DNA of 64,000 bases from Sphaerodactylus townsendi (Eukaryota), in NCBI RefSeq assembly GCF_021028975.2, contig NC_059425.1:170934001-170998000 (forward strand), read 5' to 3'. Within the stretch, counting starts at the first letter, position 1, and the number at the start of each line of letters is the position of its first letter. Below the pieces are notes generated by a model. That model searched no databases. It was not told the DNA's origin and saw only the letters and a program-made list of their open reading frames with translations. Shown here one piece after another: positions 1-11,830 of this stretch. The translations under genes were made by a program, and so were the position numbers.

Positions 1-228
1 ACCAGATGGATAATTAACTCCGCCAATCCAATTTTTCACCTTTCTAATGTTCAAAACATAGAGAAAGTTGCACTGGATTCACTATTTGTATTTATTTGCA
101 GAGATTGATTTTAAAATGTGAGAAGGAATATGTTCTGCAGCTTTGCTATTTTACCAAGCAGCAGAGAGTGCATGCCACTAACAAGACAGAAATGCTTTGG
201 CTGAAGACTCATCCGTGAGTTGAATGAT

Positions 229-410
229 CCAGACTAGCCTGATCCTGTCAGATCTCGGAAGCTAAGCAGAGGCAGCCCTGGTTAACACGTGGATAGGAGA
301 CCACCAAGGAAGTCCAGGGCTGCTTCATAGAGGTAGGCAACGACAAACTTCCCCTGTTCATCTCTTGCATTTGAAAACACTGCGGGCTCACAGGATTTTC
401 CTCCACCACA
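229..410 (+). mobile_element. 5S rRNA-derived SINE
   Basis: cctgatcctgtcagatctcggaagctaagcag..ggagacc resembles the 5S rRNA body, followed by a non-5S tail. Confidence 0.7.
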
Positions 411-751
411 AAGATTCGTTCATTTCAGTGGGTTAGACTGAAGCAGTTTTCATGGGACTGTAATGTCAAACTGTTAGCAAATCAGGAAGACATCAATATA
501 ATTTTAGATTATCTGTCAGGTTCCATTGTAACATAACCGTGTTGCTTTCTAGTCTACCTCTTTCTCATAAATATCTCCCACTTCAAAAGCATCGTATTTC
601 AAGATTCCACATTCACCTAATTCACTAAATAAGGGTAGCATTGCCTTGGAAATGGGAAACTGGATTGACATTGGTTTTTAACCAACCCTTTTGAATATGC
701 AAGTGGAATAACTCTACCAGACATTTAAACTTGCCTATATAAACTTGCCTA

Positions 752-1053
752 GGAGCAGCAGTGGCATAGGAGGTTAAGAGCTCGTGTATCTAATCTGGAG
801 GAACAGGGTTTGATTCCCAGCTCTGCCGCCTGAGCTGTGGAGGCTTATCTGGGGAATTCAGATTAGCCTGTATACTCCCACACATGCCAGCTGGGTGACC
901 TAGGGCAAGTCACAGCTTCTCGGAGCTCTCTCAGCCCCACCCACCTCACAGGGTGTTTGTTGTGAGGGGGGAAGGGCAAGGAGATTGTAAGCCCCTTTGA
1001 GTCTCCTGCAGGAGAGAAAGGGGGGATATAAATCCAAACTCTTCTTCTTCTTC
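752..1053 (+). mobile_element. Young tRNA-derived SINE
   Basis: A/B-box-like head (tggcatagg..gggtttgattccc), (TTC)n tail; near-identical to 15947-16246 and 31589-31890. Confidence 0.85.
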
Positions 1054-1291
1054 TATATCATACATATGAAATTTTCTATCAAAGTCAAGTAAAAGATGGG
1101 TGAAACACTTCAGAAAAATTCTGAAGAGAAACAAAGAGCCTGCAAGTAAATAAACAGAAAAACCGTGACAGTACTGAGTCAAGGGAATATGTTCATCTCT
1201 ATTTATACCAAAACCTAAAAGCGAAATAAAAAAGTACCTTCCCATGGTTTGTGCCTCTGCCTTTGTGAACAGTAGGACCTTTACACACACA

Positions 1292-1432
1292 GGCCCCTTC
1301 CGCACACGCAAAATATTGTGTTTTCAAACCACTTTCACAACTGTTTGCAAGTGGATTTTGCCATTCCGCGCAGTTTCAAAGAGCACTGAAAGCAGTTTGA
1401 AAGTGCATTATTCTGCATGTGCGGAATGAGCC
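1292..1432 (+). mobile_element. Harbinger-type MITE (141 bp)
   Basis: TIR ggccccttccgcaca / tgtgcggaatgagcc; TSD ACA. Confidence 0.8.
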
Positions 1433-2448
1433 ACACTCACAGATAAGGTTTTTTCTCTTTGGGGTGCTGTGTGGTTTCCGGGCTGTATGGCCGTGTTCTG
1501 AATCTGTGAGTGAACTCATGTTCAGCAATCTCACGTTATACTCTCCCCTTGAAGCTCCGAGTCCTTTGTTTGAGGACTGCCACTTGTGTGTCAGCAATTG
1601 AATGACCTGGAAGGTTTAAAATGTTCTCCCACTGGAATTTGAGTGTTGTGATTTTTTAATGTTAGATTTATTCCCGTTTATTTTTTGGCTTAGGGACTGA
1701 CCTGTTTGCGATGTACAGAGTGGAAGGACATTCTTGATACTTGGCATATATAACTCTGGAAGGTGAACTAGTGAATGAACCTGAGATGGTATGGCTGGTG
1801 TTGTTTGGCCTGGTGTTGACATTGTTAGATCAAACGTTGCCAGCCCCCCTTTCACCTGCACATCCCTCGCTCCCAAGCTGAATGTATGTATGAGGGAAAG
1901 CTCCTTTCTAATCCCTTGGTGCCACTCACAATGAAAGCACCTTAGTGCTCTAAACAATCGAACTGCAACCTGACTCGGGGGACTCAAGAACAAACCTGAG
2001 GGTGAAAGGCTTCTTTAAGATAGCACACAAAGGAAACATGATCAGGTTCAGCTTGAGAGTTAGAAAGAACTGAAGGGAAGGTGAGAAGTTTACCTTTCAG
2101 AAGCACATCTAATCTCCTGCATGGCAAAACACTTAGCAGGTTGAGTCACATGGTTGGTAGAACGGACTCGGTATCGCAATTCCCGCCTTTGACCAAGATT
2201 TTAACATTGTTGGGAGCAACTACTGTCATACCCTGTTGTACTCCTATTGACCATGTTCATAAGATGCCAGCGTGGCAGAAGAATAAAACTGACAGTAAAT
2301 ACTTTCCTTAGGGATGCTTGCAGCCACAAGTAGTTTCCTTTGAGGGACAAAAGTGGTTACTTTAGCTGGAACTAAAACTGAAGACTGAGCCTATGGAATG
2401 GAAGGAACTGTTTTGGCAAGAGGTCCCAGGAGGCAGTGAGGCTCAGGC

Positions 2449-2895
2449 AGAGGCGTAGCTGGGCCAAAATGCGCCCAGTGCGCAGACTGTTTTTTTTTTC
2501 CTGGGTTCCCCTATGGGCGTTCTCTTTAAGCCTCATCTTCCGACACTTTTGTTTAGTTCCTTTTTTTTTTTCTAGTATTTTTGAAGATGCTGAGCGGCCT
2601 CTTCACAGTTCAGGCTAAAAACTGCCTGAGGAACTATACTTCCCAGGAGACCTTGTGAGCCCCAAGGTCTCCTGCGTACTGTAGTTCCTCAGGCCGTTTT
2701 TGAGCCTGAGCTGTAAATAGACCGCTTTTTTCAGCCTGAAAAGGTACTAGAAAAAGAAAAGGAACTAAGGTAAATGTGGGAAGGGGGCAGGGGGGTGCGC
2801 TGCGGGGTCGCAAGGAAAAGGGGGAGGGCCTGGGGATGATTTTCCGCCCCCAGGCATGCGCCCGATGCGCAACTCCCCCCCCCCCCCCCCCCGTT
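2449..2895. mobile_element. Unclassified non-autonomous DNA element with long internal palindrome
   Basis: Imperfect inverted arms across about 2551-2768; GC-rich ends. Confidence 0.5.
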
Positions 2896-4302
2896 CCCTT
2901 GCCGCTCTGCCATTGAGCTCAGGATGTGTGTGGCAGAATCAATTGAGGGGAAGGGTGGATAGGGTTGCCAGATCCAAGTTGGGAAACTTCTGAAGATTTG
3001 GGGATGGAGCCTCAGGAGGACTGTGGGGTACAGTGCCATAGAGTCCACAGATTGAATAGAAACAGAGGGAGAAGAGTCCACAGATTGAATAGAAACATGT
3101 CAAAGAGAAGACCAGGCCACAATCCTGCTCATCAACATACCAATTTAATACACTGAACATTTCCTCTCCCTTTAATGCAGAAACATCCAATTATATGAGT
3201 CTACAGTTGCCAACTCCAACTTGGGAAATTCCTGGAAATCTGCTGAGGGGAGGTAGACTTTCAGGAGTAGAGGGAGCACAGCAGGTAGCCTGGGAGCTGA
3301 TCTTTGCAGTGTACAAATCTGTTGGGACTCCAGGGGAATCCCAAGCCCCACTTGGAAGTTGGCACCTCAACATAAGCTCCAGCTGACAACCTAAGATAGC
3401 ACAGGGCAGACCTAGGGCTGCCAACTTCGGATTGGGAAATTCCTGGAGATTTGGGGGTGGAGCCTGGGGAAGGATCTCAGTAGGAATGTAAGACCATAGA
3501 GTCCACCCTCCAAAGCAGCCATTTTCTCCAGGGGGAAAGATCACTGTAGTCCAGAGATCAGCTGTGATTCTGGGAGAACTTCAGCCCCACCTGGAGGCTG
3601 GCAACCCTACAGGTTTACCATTGCCATGACAGCTAAAAGATGCCTTTCAGTTCTGAATAAAAACTTCTAGCAATCAAGTCTCAGTAGTTATCCAAATCGC
3701 AAGAAAAGGAACAGTCCGCCAACTGGTTTTTTAAAAAGTTAGAAGCAAACATCCAGATTGACCTCTTCAGCTAAGCCCATAGTGCTGGATTCACAGGATT
3801 TTTTTTTACAAACTTTAGAAAAACTCAAAAATATTTGGGCAATACATGTGTAAATGAAGACTGTGCATGTCTATCCATTCTGGATTATTTAAAAATCCTA
3901 AAACATAAGCATAAAATCCTTTAAATCAGAACGAATCAAGATAAACACAAGACAAGACCTGTCTTTCCTGAAGTCTAGAAACCTTGATCAAACTGAAGTC
4001 ACTCACTTCCTTGCATGCCACCCCTCCCCCTCCCTCTGCTAGGGTAGGCGGGCCATGTCCAGGTCCTGGGCCCCCTTCCCCTCCCCCCCATGTCAATCAG
4101 ATTTGGCTACTTAACAGTGTCACAGAGAAAAAAGGCTTTACCCCTCCCTCCCGTCCCTTGCATGCCACCCCTCACTCACTCACTCACTCCCCTCCCCCTC
4201 CCTCTGCTAGGGTGGGTGGGCCATGTCCAGATGCCGGGCCCCCTCCCCTCCCTTGCATGCCACTCCTCACTCACTCACTCACTCACTTCCCTTGCATGCC
4301 AC

Positions 4303-4872
4303 AAGTGGTGGGATCCAAAAATTTTAGTAACAGGTTCCCATGGTGGTGGGATTCAAACAGTGGCGTAGCGCCAATGGGGCTGGGCGGGGCATGACGGGGC
4401 GTGGCCGGGCATTCCGGGGGCGGGGCATTAATAATTTCTCTGTTACTGTAAAAAAAAGTTCCTAATTTCCAGCTGGTATCTTTCTGTCCATAATTTAAAC
4501 TCATGATAGCAAGTCCTTTGTCTACTGCCAACAGAAACACCTACTTCTCCTCTAATTGACGGCCTGTCAAATACTTAATACTTTCAAATACTTAATTTTG
4601 TTTCTAGAAATCAAAAGAAGGATACTTTTCTTAAACAAGGAACTTTACCATATTTCTAAAACATGTTTTTAAAACAGCCCATCAGGGAGAATTATCCCAT
4701 TCTCTACCTTCGCTAACCAGCCACATAGGAAACAACAGGACTTTATGATTTTTGGACTTAATGGAATTTCTAATGGAAAAGCAGACCCAATTAGTAACCC
4801 CCCCTCAGCACACACAAATAATTAGTAACCCACTCTCGGGAACTGGGGAGAACCTGCTGGATCCCACCTCTG
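4303..4872 (+). mobile_element. Non-autonomous hAT element (570 bp)
   Basis: TIRs aagtggtgggatcca / tggatcccacctctg; 8-bp TSD catgccac. Confidence 0.85.
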
Positions 4873-5564
4873 CATGCCACCCAAAGCAAGCTTTCTAAGA
4901 GCCATTTTTCAGGTCCCTAAGTGTGTGCCCAATGCAGTACTCTTTTTGGAAGCTGGAAATCAAACTTGATCAAACTGAAGACAGGGCCATCCTAAATAGG
5001 AAACATCCTAAACAGGAAACTCCATTGGATTTAGAAAGGGGCAACTCTGCTTAGGAGGGCACTGCTTGGATCACCACCATGAAGTTGCTTTTCCTATTTC
5101 ATAGCACTCTTGGGTAAAAAGCTAATTCACAGGTGCTGCTCTGAGCTCCTAAAAGGGAAACAAATGGGATTAACTGAACAGATTAAAATTGTTCTTGCAC
5201 TCCCATTATCCTCAACCCAATTTAATTCCTGCAACATTTATAAAAATTGTTTAAACACAGCAGTTTCACAACATCCATTTTCTTGGCTTTGTACCATTCG
5301 GTCTTTCACGAGCACGATCTCCGTAACTTTGATCCCCAAATCAATTGCTACTCTTCACCAACCTGAAATACTCCCCTTACTTTAACCAAGCATATAGCTG
5401 AACCCTTTGCCTCTTTACTCAGCCACACCGAGTTCAAGGAGACTTACTCCAAAAGAACTGGCTAGGGCCACAGTCTCAGACCTGGGACAACTGACACACC
5501 ATGCAACATAGCTCCCGCTGTTTATGCTGCGCAAGAAATCTTAACTGGGCTTCTGTAAACTTAC

Positions 5565-5615
5565 TTTGGATTTGAATAATCTAAAGCTTCTCTGGTCCAG
5601 TAGAGTTCCAGGCAT
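5565..5615 (-). CDS. ATP7B: Candidate ATP7B first coding exon (MPGTLLDQRSFRLFKSK)
   Basis: AAAATGCC start, 51 nt, phase 0, strong gtaagt donor; same length, phase and MP...K ends as human ATP7B exon 1 as recalled; divergent from ALG11 as synteny predicts; rest of the gene would lie left of the window. Confidence 0.45.
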
Positions 5616-6160
5616 TTTGGAAGCTGAGTGTTGATGCGGCTGTAGTTCCCCAGGGGCTGTCAATGTAGTGCACAATGTATAGCATGAGAAAAGCAAAGCC
5701 AACAACTTAGCCAACGTGGTCTTTCAGACCACATGATGATCACGGGAATGTACTTATGCCCAATTAATCTAGTTTGTTACTGACCGGACTGACTGCATGA
5801 AATTGGCTGTATAACTTTTGTTTCGAGATGACACAGCTCAGCAAACAGCTCCACATGAATAGCTTTCCCTGTGCTGGGCTCCCTTCTTTCTAAAGTTGCT
5901 TTTTTTCCTGCAGCTACAAACATGGGCCCAAAGGCATTTGGTGCAAGGGGACAAACAGCAGTTCTCTGATGCCTAAAGTAATAAATGAACTTTTGAACGA
6001 AGATGTCACGTGTTCTTCTCCGGTTCAGCATTCATGAGCAAACCCTTTAATTCAGAATTGATATGGAACACCAGCATCGAGAGCCATAATGGCAAATTAC
6101 ACACACAAAGATCAAATTTGCTCAGTCCTCAATCTACAATGGGTGTGCTTCCCCCTATAC

Positions 6161-6346
6161 CAGTGATTCTCAACCTTCCTAATTTCGTGACCCTTTAATA
6201 CAGTTCCTCATGTTGTGGTGACCCCCACCCCTAACATTTATCCATTTTACAGATGGAGAACACTGATGCAGAGAGTCTTAGGTGACCCCTGTGAAAGGGT
6301 CGTTCGACCCCCAAAGGGGTTGCGACCCACAGGTTTAGAACTCCTG
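6161..6346 (-). mobile_element. SPIN-like (URR1/SPIN_NA) non-autonomous hAT element
   Basis: Ends match recalled SPIN_NA consensus (cctgtgggtcgcaacccctttgggggtcgaacgaccctttcacagggg...gaggaactgtattaaagggtc); TSD ccctatac/tcctatac. Confidence 0.85.
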
Positions 6347-6909
6347 TCCTATACTGACACATTACCTACTATGTTCAAGCAAAAAGATGGCTGAAAGCAT
6401 GGCAAAATTGTAACTGTGGTCTTAACCAGTATGGATGCTATAGGTTATCTGTTTGTTGGTATGGGTTACCTGATTTCAATGGATTGCTTTCAACTTATGC
6501 AACATCATTTTTGCAATGTTTAACCTACCGTGTCTAATACTTTATGTTCATACTTTATTATCTTTCCTATTATGCTGCTTATTACATGACTCATCCTGTT
6601 GACTGCATCAATTTACACTGTGTAATCCACCTTAAATCCCAGTGAGAAAGGCAGCCTACAAAGTAAACAAATTGGGTTGCCAACTTCCAGGTGCAGCCTG
6701 GATAGCTCTCAGAATGCCAACTGATCTCCAAATGTCAGAACTGGCTCCCATGGGGGAAAAGTCCACTTTGGAAGATAGATACTGCTAAGTTCTCTCCTCT
6801 CCCCAAACTCTGCCTTCCCAGATCTCCAAGAATTTCTCAACCTGGAGTTGGAAATCCTACTTGGCATGACTAGGTAGGTGCATCCTAAGGAAACAAACTC
6901 ATCTTTCTT

Positions 6910-7160
6910 ACTGGTTGTTGTGGGCTTTCTGGGCTGTGTGGCTGTGGTCTGGTAGATCTTGTTCCTAACGTTTCGCCTGCATCTGTGGCTGGCACTTCAG
7001 AGGTACATTGCAAAAGAACTTCTCTCTGTGATACACCTCTGAAGATGCCAGCCACAGATGCAGGGGAAATGTTAGGAACAAGATCTACCAGACCACGGCC
7101 ACACAACCCAGAAAGTCCACAACAACCAGTGGAGTCCAGCCGTGAAAGCCTTCGACAATA
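6910..7160. mobile_element. Penelope-like element terminal repeats in inverted arrangement, with degenerate hammerhead motifs
   Basis: ~95-bp inverted arms 6910-7004 and 7035-7130; each carries a cct-CTGAAG(A)-tgcc...GAAA-like motif. Confidence 0.7.
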
Positions 7161-8021
7161 CATTTCATCTTTCTTAGATTTCCAGGTGCTCTTGAGTAGC
7201 TCTACAATCATCTACTATTCCATAACTAGATATGGTTTGTAAGAAAATTGAGGCATTAAACTGAGTTTCAGAAGGGTGCAATTGAGAAAAAGGATTAAAA
7301 CAAATTAGCAATAAATCAGAGATAGAGATGTGGGGAGGAAAGGGCTGTACTTTTGCCACAGGAAAATTTTCAATTTTCACACACAATTACATAGACATTA
7401 AGAATAATGAATGGATGCCATTAGCAATTTTAAAGTTGCAATTAATGTTTTAAGGAATGGTGACTCCTACAAATTGTGAGAGACAGTACACGAATGATTT
7501 ACTATTGATTTGTGTAAGGGGGGCAGGAATAAAGCTTCCTTTTTGTTTTTAGCTGTCAAACCACAGCTGACGTATGGCAACTCCATAGGGTTTTCAGAGC
7601 ACTGTCTGCCTCTGTATGACACCCCAGTACACTCCTTGGACAACCCAGTACACCCCAGTACACTCCTATCCAAATGCTTGCCAGGCTCAAGGTCAAGAGT
7701 GTGTGATCAGTTCACCCAGAAAATTTCCACAGCAGAGTGGGAATTCGAACCTGGGTTTCCCAGGCTCTACGATGACACTTTAACCACCACACCATGCCAC
7801 AATCCATACAACAAATCCCAATTTCAAAAATCAGGATATGAATTAACTGAATTATTATACAGATCAATTCCAAACTCATTTATTCTCCACCACCCCAAGT
7901 TCCAAGTTCTCATCTCTTTTTCCACACCCCAGCCCTAAACAGACTTCTTTTTAAAGCCAATCAGACCCCACCCATCGTTTCTGATGGAACTTTGCTAGCC
8001 AGACTCCAAAAGGCTCTCTAA

Positions 8022-8162
8022 GGCTCATTCCGCACATGCAGAATAATGCACTTTCAAACTGCTTTCAGTGCTCTTTAAAGCTGTGCGGAATAGCAAAATC
8101 CACTTGCAAACAGTTGTGAAAGTGGTTTGAAAACGCATTATTTTGCGTGTGCGGAAGGAGCC
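8022..8162 (-). mobile_element. Harbinger-type MITE, same family as 1292-1432
   Basis: Near-identical reverse copy; TSD TAA. Confidence 0.85.
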
Positions 8163-9228
8163 TAAGGCTTTCCTGATTATACAACCAGGCCCTGGTCATT
8201 TGTTCTGTTGGCTACCTCACATCAACACATGGAAAATCTTGGACTGTGGTCATCTGCTCATTGAAAAGGAGGCTTTGCTTTAACCTCTGCAGTGCAGACT
8301 GCAAAAAAAGAAAGTAGTACTTTGCAAAGTTTCTGATTTTTAAACATACAGATATCTGTGGCTAAAATGTCTTTTCACCACGCTTTCTCTTCCCAATGGG
8401 ACTTTGTAAAGTTCTACTGCCCCACATATACTATTAAGCAGGAAAATAAAATGTGAGGCTGATAGCACCTTAAAGACAAGCAAAATTGTCATTAGTCAAA
8501 ACTCACTTTGTTAGATACAAATGTGAATAAAAATTCCTCTGCCCTTATATTCATGTCAGAAGGTCTGGGGAGAATTAGGAAGGTTCAGTTGCATTCAGGA
8601 CAGGCATCAACTATCTCACATCATCACTAATCTTTCTATAGCTCAAAAGTAGCTACTTCACTCTCCTCAAGTGTCTGAATGCTGTAACATCTGGGTGAGA
8701 ATATTTATTTTATTGGATTTAGTACCCCACCCTCCCCACCCTAAGAATAATCAACCCTCCCCAGCCTAAAAATAATCTCAGTCAGTGTATACATGAATTA
8801 ATTTTTAAAAGGGCTCCTTGTTTATTGCTCAATTACAAAATATTCCTTACCCAGGAAATACATGAAACCAGAAAGTATACTATACAATTACTAAACTATT
8901 CCAAATTTAGAAGACAGAGGGAACAAAAGGGAAAAACTAGAATATTTCCTTTTCAGATAAATTCTTTATGGGAACTGAAGCAAGATTCACCATGATATAT
9001 TGTCATATCATGTTGAAATCGACATTGTTAAAATGAACTGAGCTACAAGAAGCTAACAGGACTGTTACTCATAATAATGCCAAGTTGAAAAGGCACATTT
9101 GTATATTAAAGAAGACAATTTGGAAACAAATTTTTAATTTTAATTTTGTTTCCACGTTTTTGTTTGTATTAAAAATGCAAACTATTTTTGACAGATTTGT
9201 GTTTGATACTGTATTACCCCAACTCTGA

Positions 9229-9678
9229 GGCCGTTTCCGCGATCGGCAAAATGTAGGAGCGCCGTCAGTCATAGCGGAAAAGAAAAGCGCCAGAAGCCGC
9301 AGAGATGCGTTCGCGAGCTTGGCGGCGTAGGTGCGCCAGTCGGCTGCCGTCGTAAAACGCTTAAACCGGCGCGAAGACGGTGTATTCAGAAAACGCTTAA
9401 AACCACTCTTTTTCCCCATGTGACGCATCGACGCCGCACTCGTGCGAACAGCCGCCACGGAGCTGTCGTCAAAAATGGCGTCGGGCCTGCACGGCTTCGC
9501 AAGTGCGCAGGCGCAACATCGCGAGACGCCGCTTCCGCAGCGCTTCCGTGCGAACCGTCACATTTCTGCGGGGCTGCGGACGCCCGCAGCTCCGCCTGTC
9601 TGTGTGAACGCTTTTTTTGGGATGCGTCGCAATTTGCGACGTCATCGCGTCGCTGCTTTTGGCCGTGCGGAAACGGCC
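9229..9678. mobile_element. CpG-rich PIF/Harbinger-type MITE (450 bp)
   Basis: TIR ggccgtttccgc / gcggaaacggcc; 3-bp TSD TGA. Confidence 0.85.
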
Positions 9679-10689
9679 TGAGATTGTGCATTATATTCTT
9701 ACAATTTATTTACTTTATACCACATTTCCATTTTAGATTATGTATCTTAATTTTCTTATGTTCTGGAGAGTACTCAATAACAGTGAGATTTTCAGTATCA
9801 CAGATTAAGAATCCCTTAACATTTTTTAAACAGTGCCACTATTTTTAATCCTTTTTTTCCAGTTGTTTCCCAGCAAAGAAAGGAAAGGTTGGTGGCTCTC
9901 AAATTATGAGCAGAAACACTGTGGCATTCACGTACTAAGAGAGTATAAAAACTGAAATATAGGATCATCCATGCGGGCCCACTGGACGATCCAGGTGAAA
10001 TACAGAAAAGCGCTATTAGATCTCAGAACCTGAGATGGCTCAACATGGCCTCTGTCCAGTAGGAAGCCCACAAAGATATGTATCCTTTTTTCACATTTAT
10101 ATCGTTTGACTTAATTTTTTTAAAAATTCTCATTCCTGTAATTGTTTTCCCCAAAAAAGCAGGCTTTAAATATGTGTTTAGTTTCAAGGTCACACAGGGG
10201 CTTGTAAATCCAGTCTTTAAATGTAAAATATTAATGCATATTCCCTCCCAAATTGAACGGAAGACAGGTCACAGTTAAAACAATTAAGATGCAGAGCAAT
10301 CCCACATAAAACCAGTCTGCAGAAATCGCTTCACAGCTACCTCGGATTTCCACAGTAGAGGTCATCCAGCTCCTTGGATCAGCTGCTTGACTACAATAAA
10401 TTTCTTTGTTCCAAACGTAATGGTCGAAACAGCCAACACGGAGATTCATGCAGCTTCGCACTATTAACACTTGAAACAAAATCTATACATTATATGTGAG
10501 TTCTATTTGTGCTTTATTCGCAACAAAGAAAATCATTATTTAAAAAAAGCCACGATGCACTTGTGTTACCATCCTGGTATTCACATCACAGCACTAGTTC
10601 TTACACAAAAATGCCTTGAAGCCCACAGGAAAATAAATATATATTTCCACTTAGATAACAAAGTTACTCTTTAAATTTGAGTTGCCTTC

Positions 10690-10765
10690 GCTGATTGGCT
10701 ACGCAATCATTCATTCATTCGTTCATTGGCTAATTTTCTTGCGGGCGCTCTGAGATGACGACAAA
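10690..10765 (-). promoter_or_regulatory. Paired CCAAT boxes, candidate leftward (ATP7B-direction) promoter
   Basis: ATTGG at 10694 and 10725 (31 bp apart), TGACG half-CRE and GC-rich patch nearby. Confidence 0.35.
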
Positions 10766-10817
10766 GACACCTGATTTCTCTTGTTTCTTTCAGATTCCAT
10801 GAGCCGCCCACTCAGTC

Positions 10818-10952
10818 CGCTCTATTATATCATTCTCTATGGTCAGACGGAAGTCTTAAATCACACGGTATCATAAGTTCTCCAACTCTATGATATCGTC
10901 TAAATTTATTTTAAGACATCCGTCTGACCATAGAGAATGATATAATAGAGCG
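10818..10952. repeat. 135-bp near-perfect inverted repeat
   Basis: 43-bp arms 10818-10860 and 10910-10952 with 1 mismatch, plus an inner 11-bp stem. Confidence 0.95.
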
Positions 10953-11519
10953 ACACGGACGGGTTGTATTTCTAGTCTATTCATATTGTTAAGAGAGGGT
11001 GACAGGCTTAGGGAGTTAACATTTAACAGTTTAAATGTTTTCGTAATTCATTATGTAAAAACTGTTTTAAGATAGTATTTTAAACGACTAAAGAAACGTT
11101 TTAAAATTGCGCACATGGCAATTTCCAGTATACGTTAAAATCGCATAATAGGAAAGTATCAATTGAGAAAACCTGGGGAACTAATGAAAAAAAAATTAAT
11201 TCACTGTCGGTTTTGTCAATCCGAAGAAGTTGGATTTATACCCCGCTTTTCTCAAAGCCCTCCCTCCTCTCCCTACTGTTGCAAAAACTGTTGTTTATTA
11301 TAGATTGACTAGGAACCCTTTCAGCAAAACTTAAGCCGACCTGTGGTCCCTCAAAATATAACAGTGCCATCATAAGCAGAGTTACACTATTGCGAGGCCA
11401 TTGACTTCAACGGGCATGGGAAACTATGACTAGGTAGACTTCGCCGTTGAATTTATTTCGCTATCACCCTAGATCAGTCTATTCAGTGTGGACAACCAAG
11501 AACGTGTTCTGATGCATCA

Positions 11520-11830
11520 GATGCGCGGACAATCTTGGACTCCCGCATTGTCGCCTGCCAGCGACCACTGCTCGCTATAACCAGAGGAAGGTCGGCGTCC
11601 AACGTAACCAGGAAATCCCGCCTCCAGACACAGGAACAGGAAGCCGCCGAGTGGTCCCGGGGGTGGGTGAGTTGGACCCGCCGAGATGGCAGTTTTTCCC
11701 GCGGAGTCTTGGTCGCTTTTCAGGTGAGGGTCGCTAACAGGTGTGCTTAAGCTTGGAAAGTGTCCCTTTCCTTCTTCAGGTTTTGGGGCTTCCGGAGCGG
11801 CTCCCTTTTCCCCCTACCCCCGTACATGAA
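11520..11830 (+). promoter_or_regulatory. ALG11 CpG-rich promoter and first exon region
   Basis: Raised CpG density; several GGAA ETS-type cores (11610-11645) just upstream of the ATG. Confidence 0.7.
11686..11723 (+). CDS. ALG11: ALG11 coding exon 1 ([13 protein letters not shown])
   Basis: ATG in CpG-rich region, donor AG|gtgagg, phase 2 matches exon 2. Confidence 0.8.

Noticed and set aside
229-330. 5S rRNA gene
   Set aside because: Diverged and continues into a SINE body; the same applies near 31540
752-830. tRNA gene
   Set aside because: SINE head present in many copies with a common tail
2094-2122. Alternative short ATP7B-direction exon (MQEIRCASE, donor gtaaac)
   Set aside because: Phase 2 does not fit the expected phase-0 first intron and there is no recognisable similarity
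9069-9848. Four overlapping Arg/Ala-rich ORFs and an apparent CpG-island promoter
   Set aside because: The GC-rich part lies within a MITE bounded by TIRs and a TSD; high GC explains the scarcity of stops
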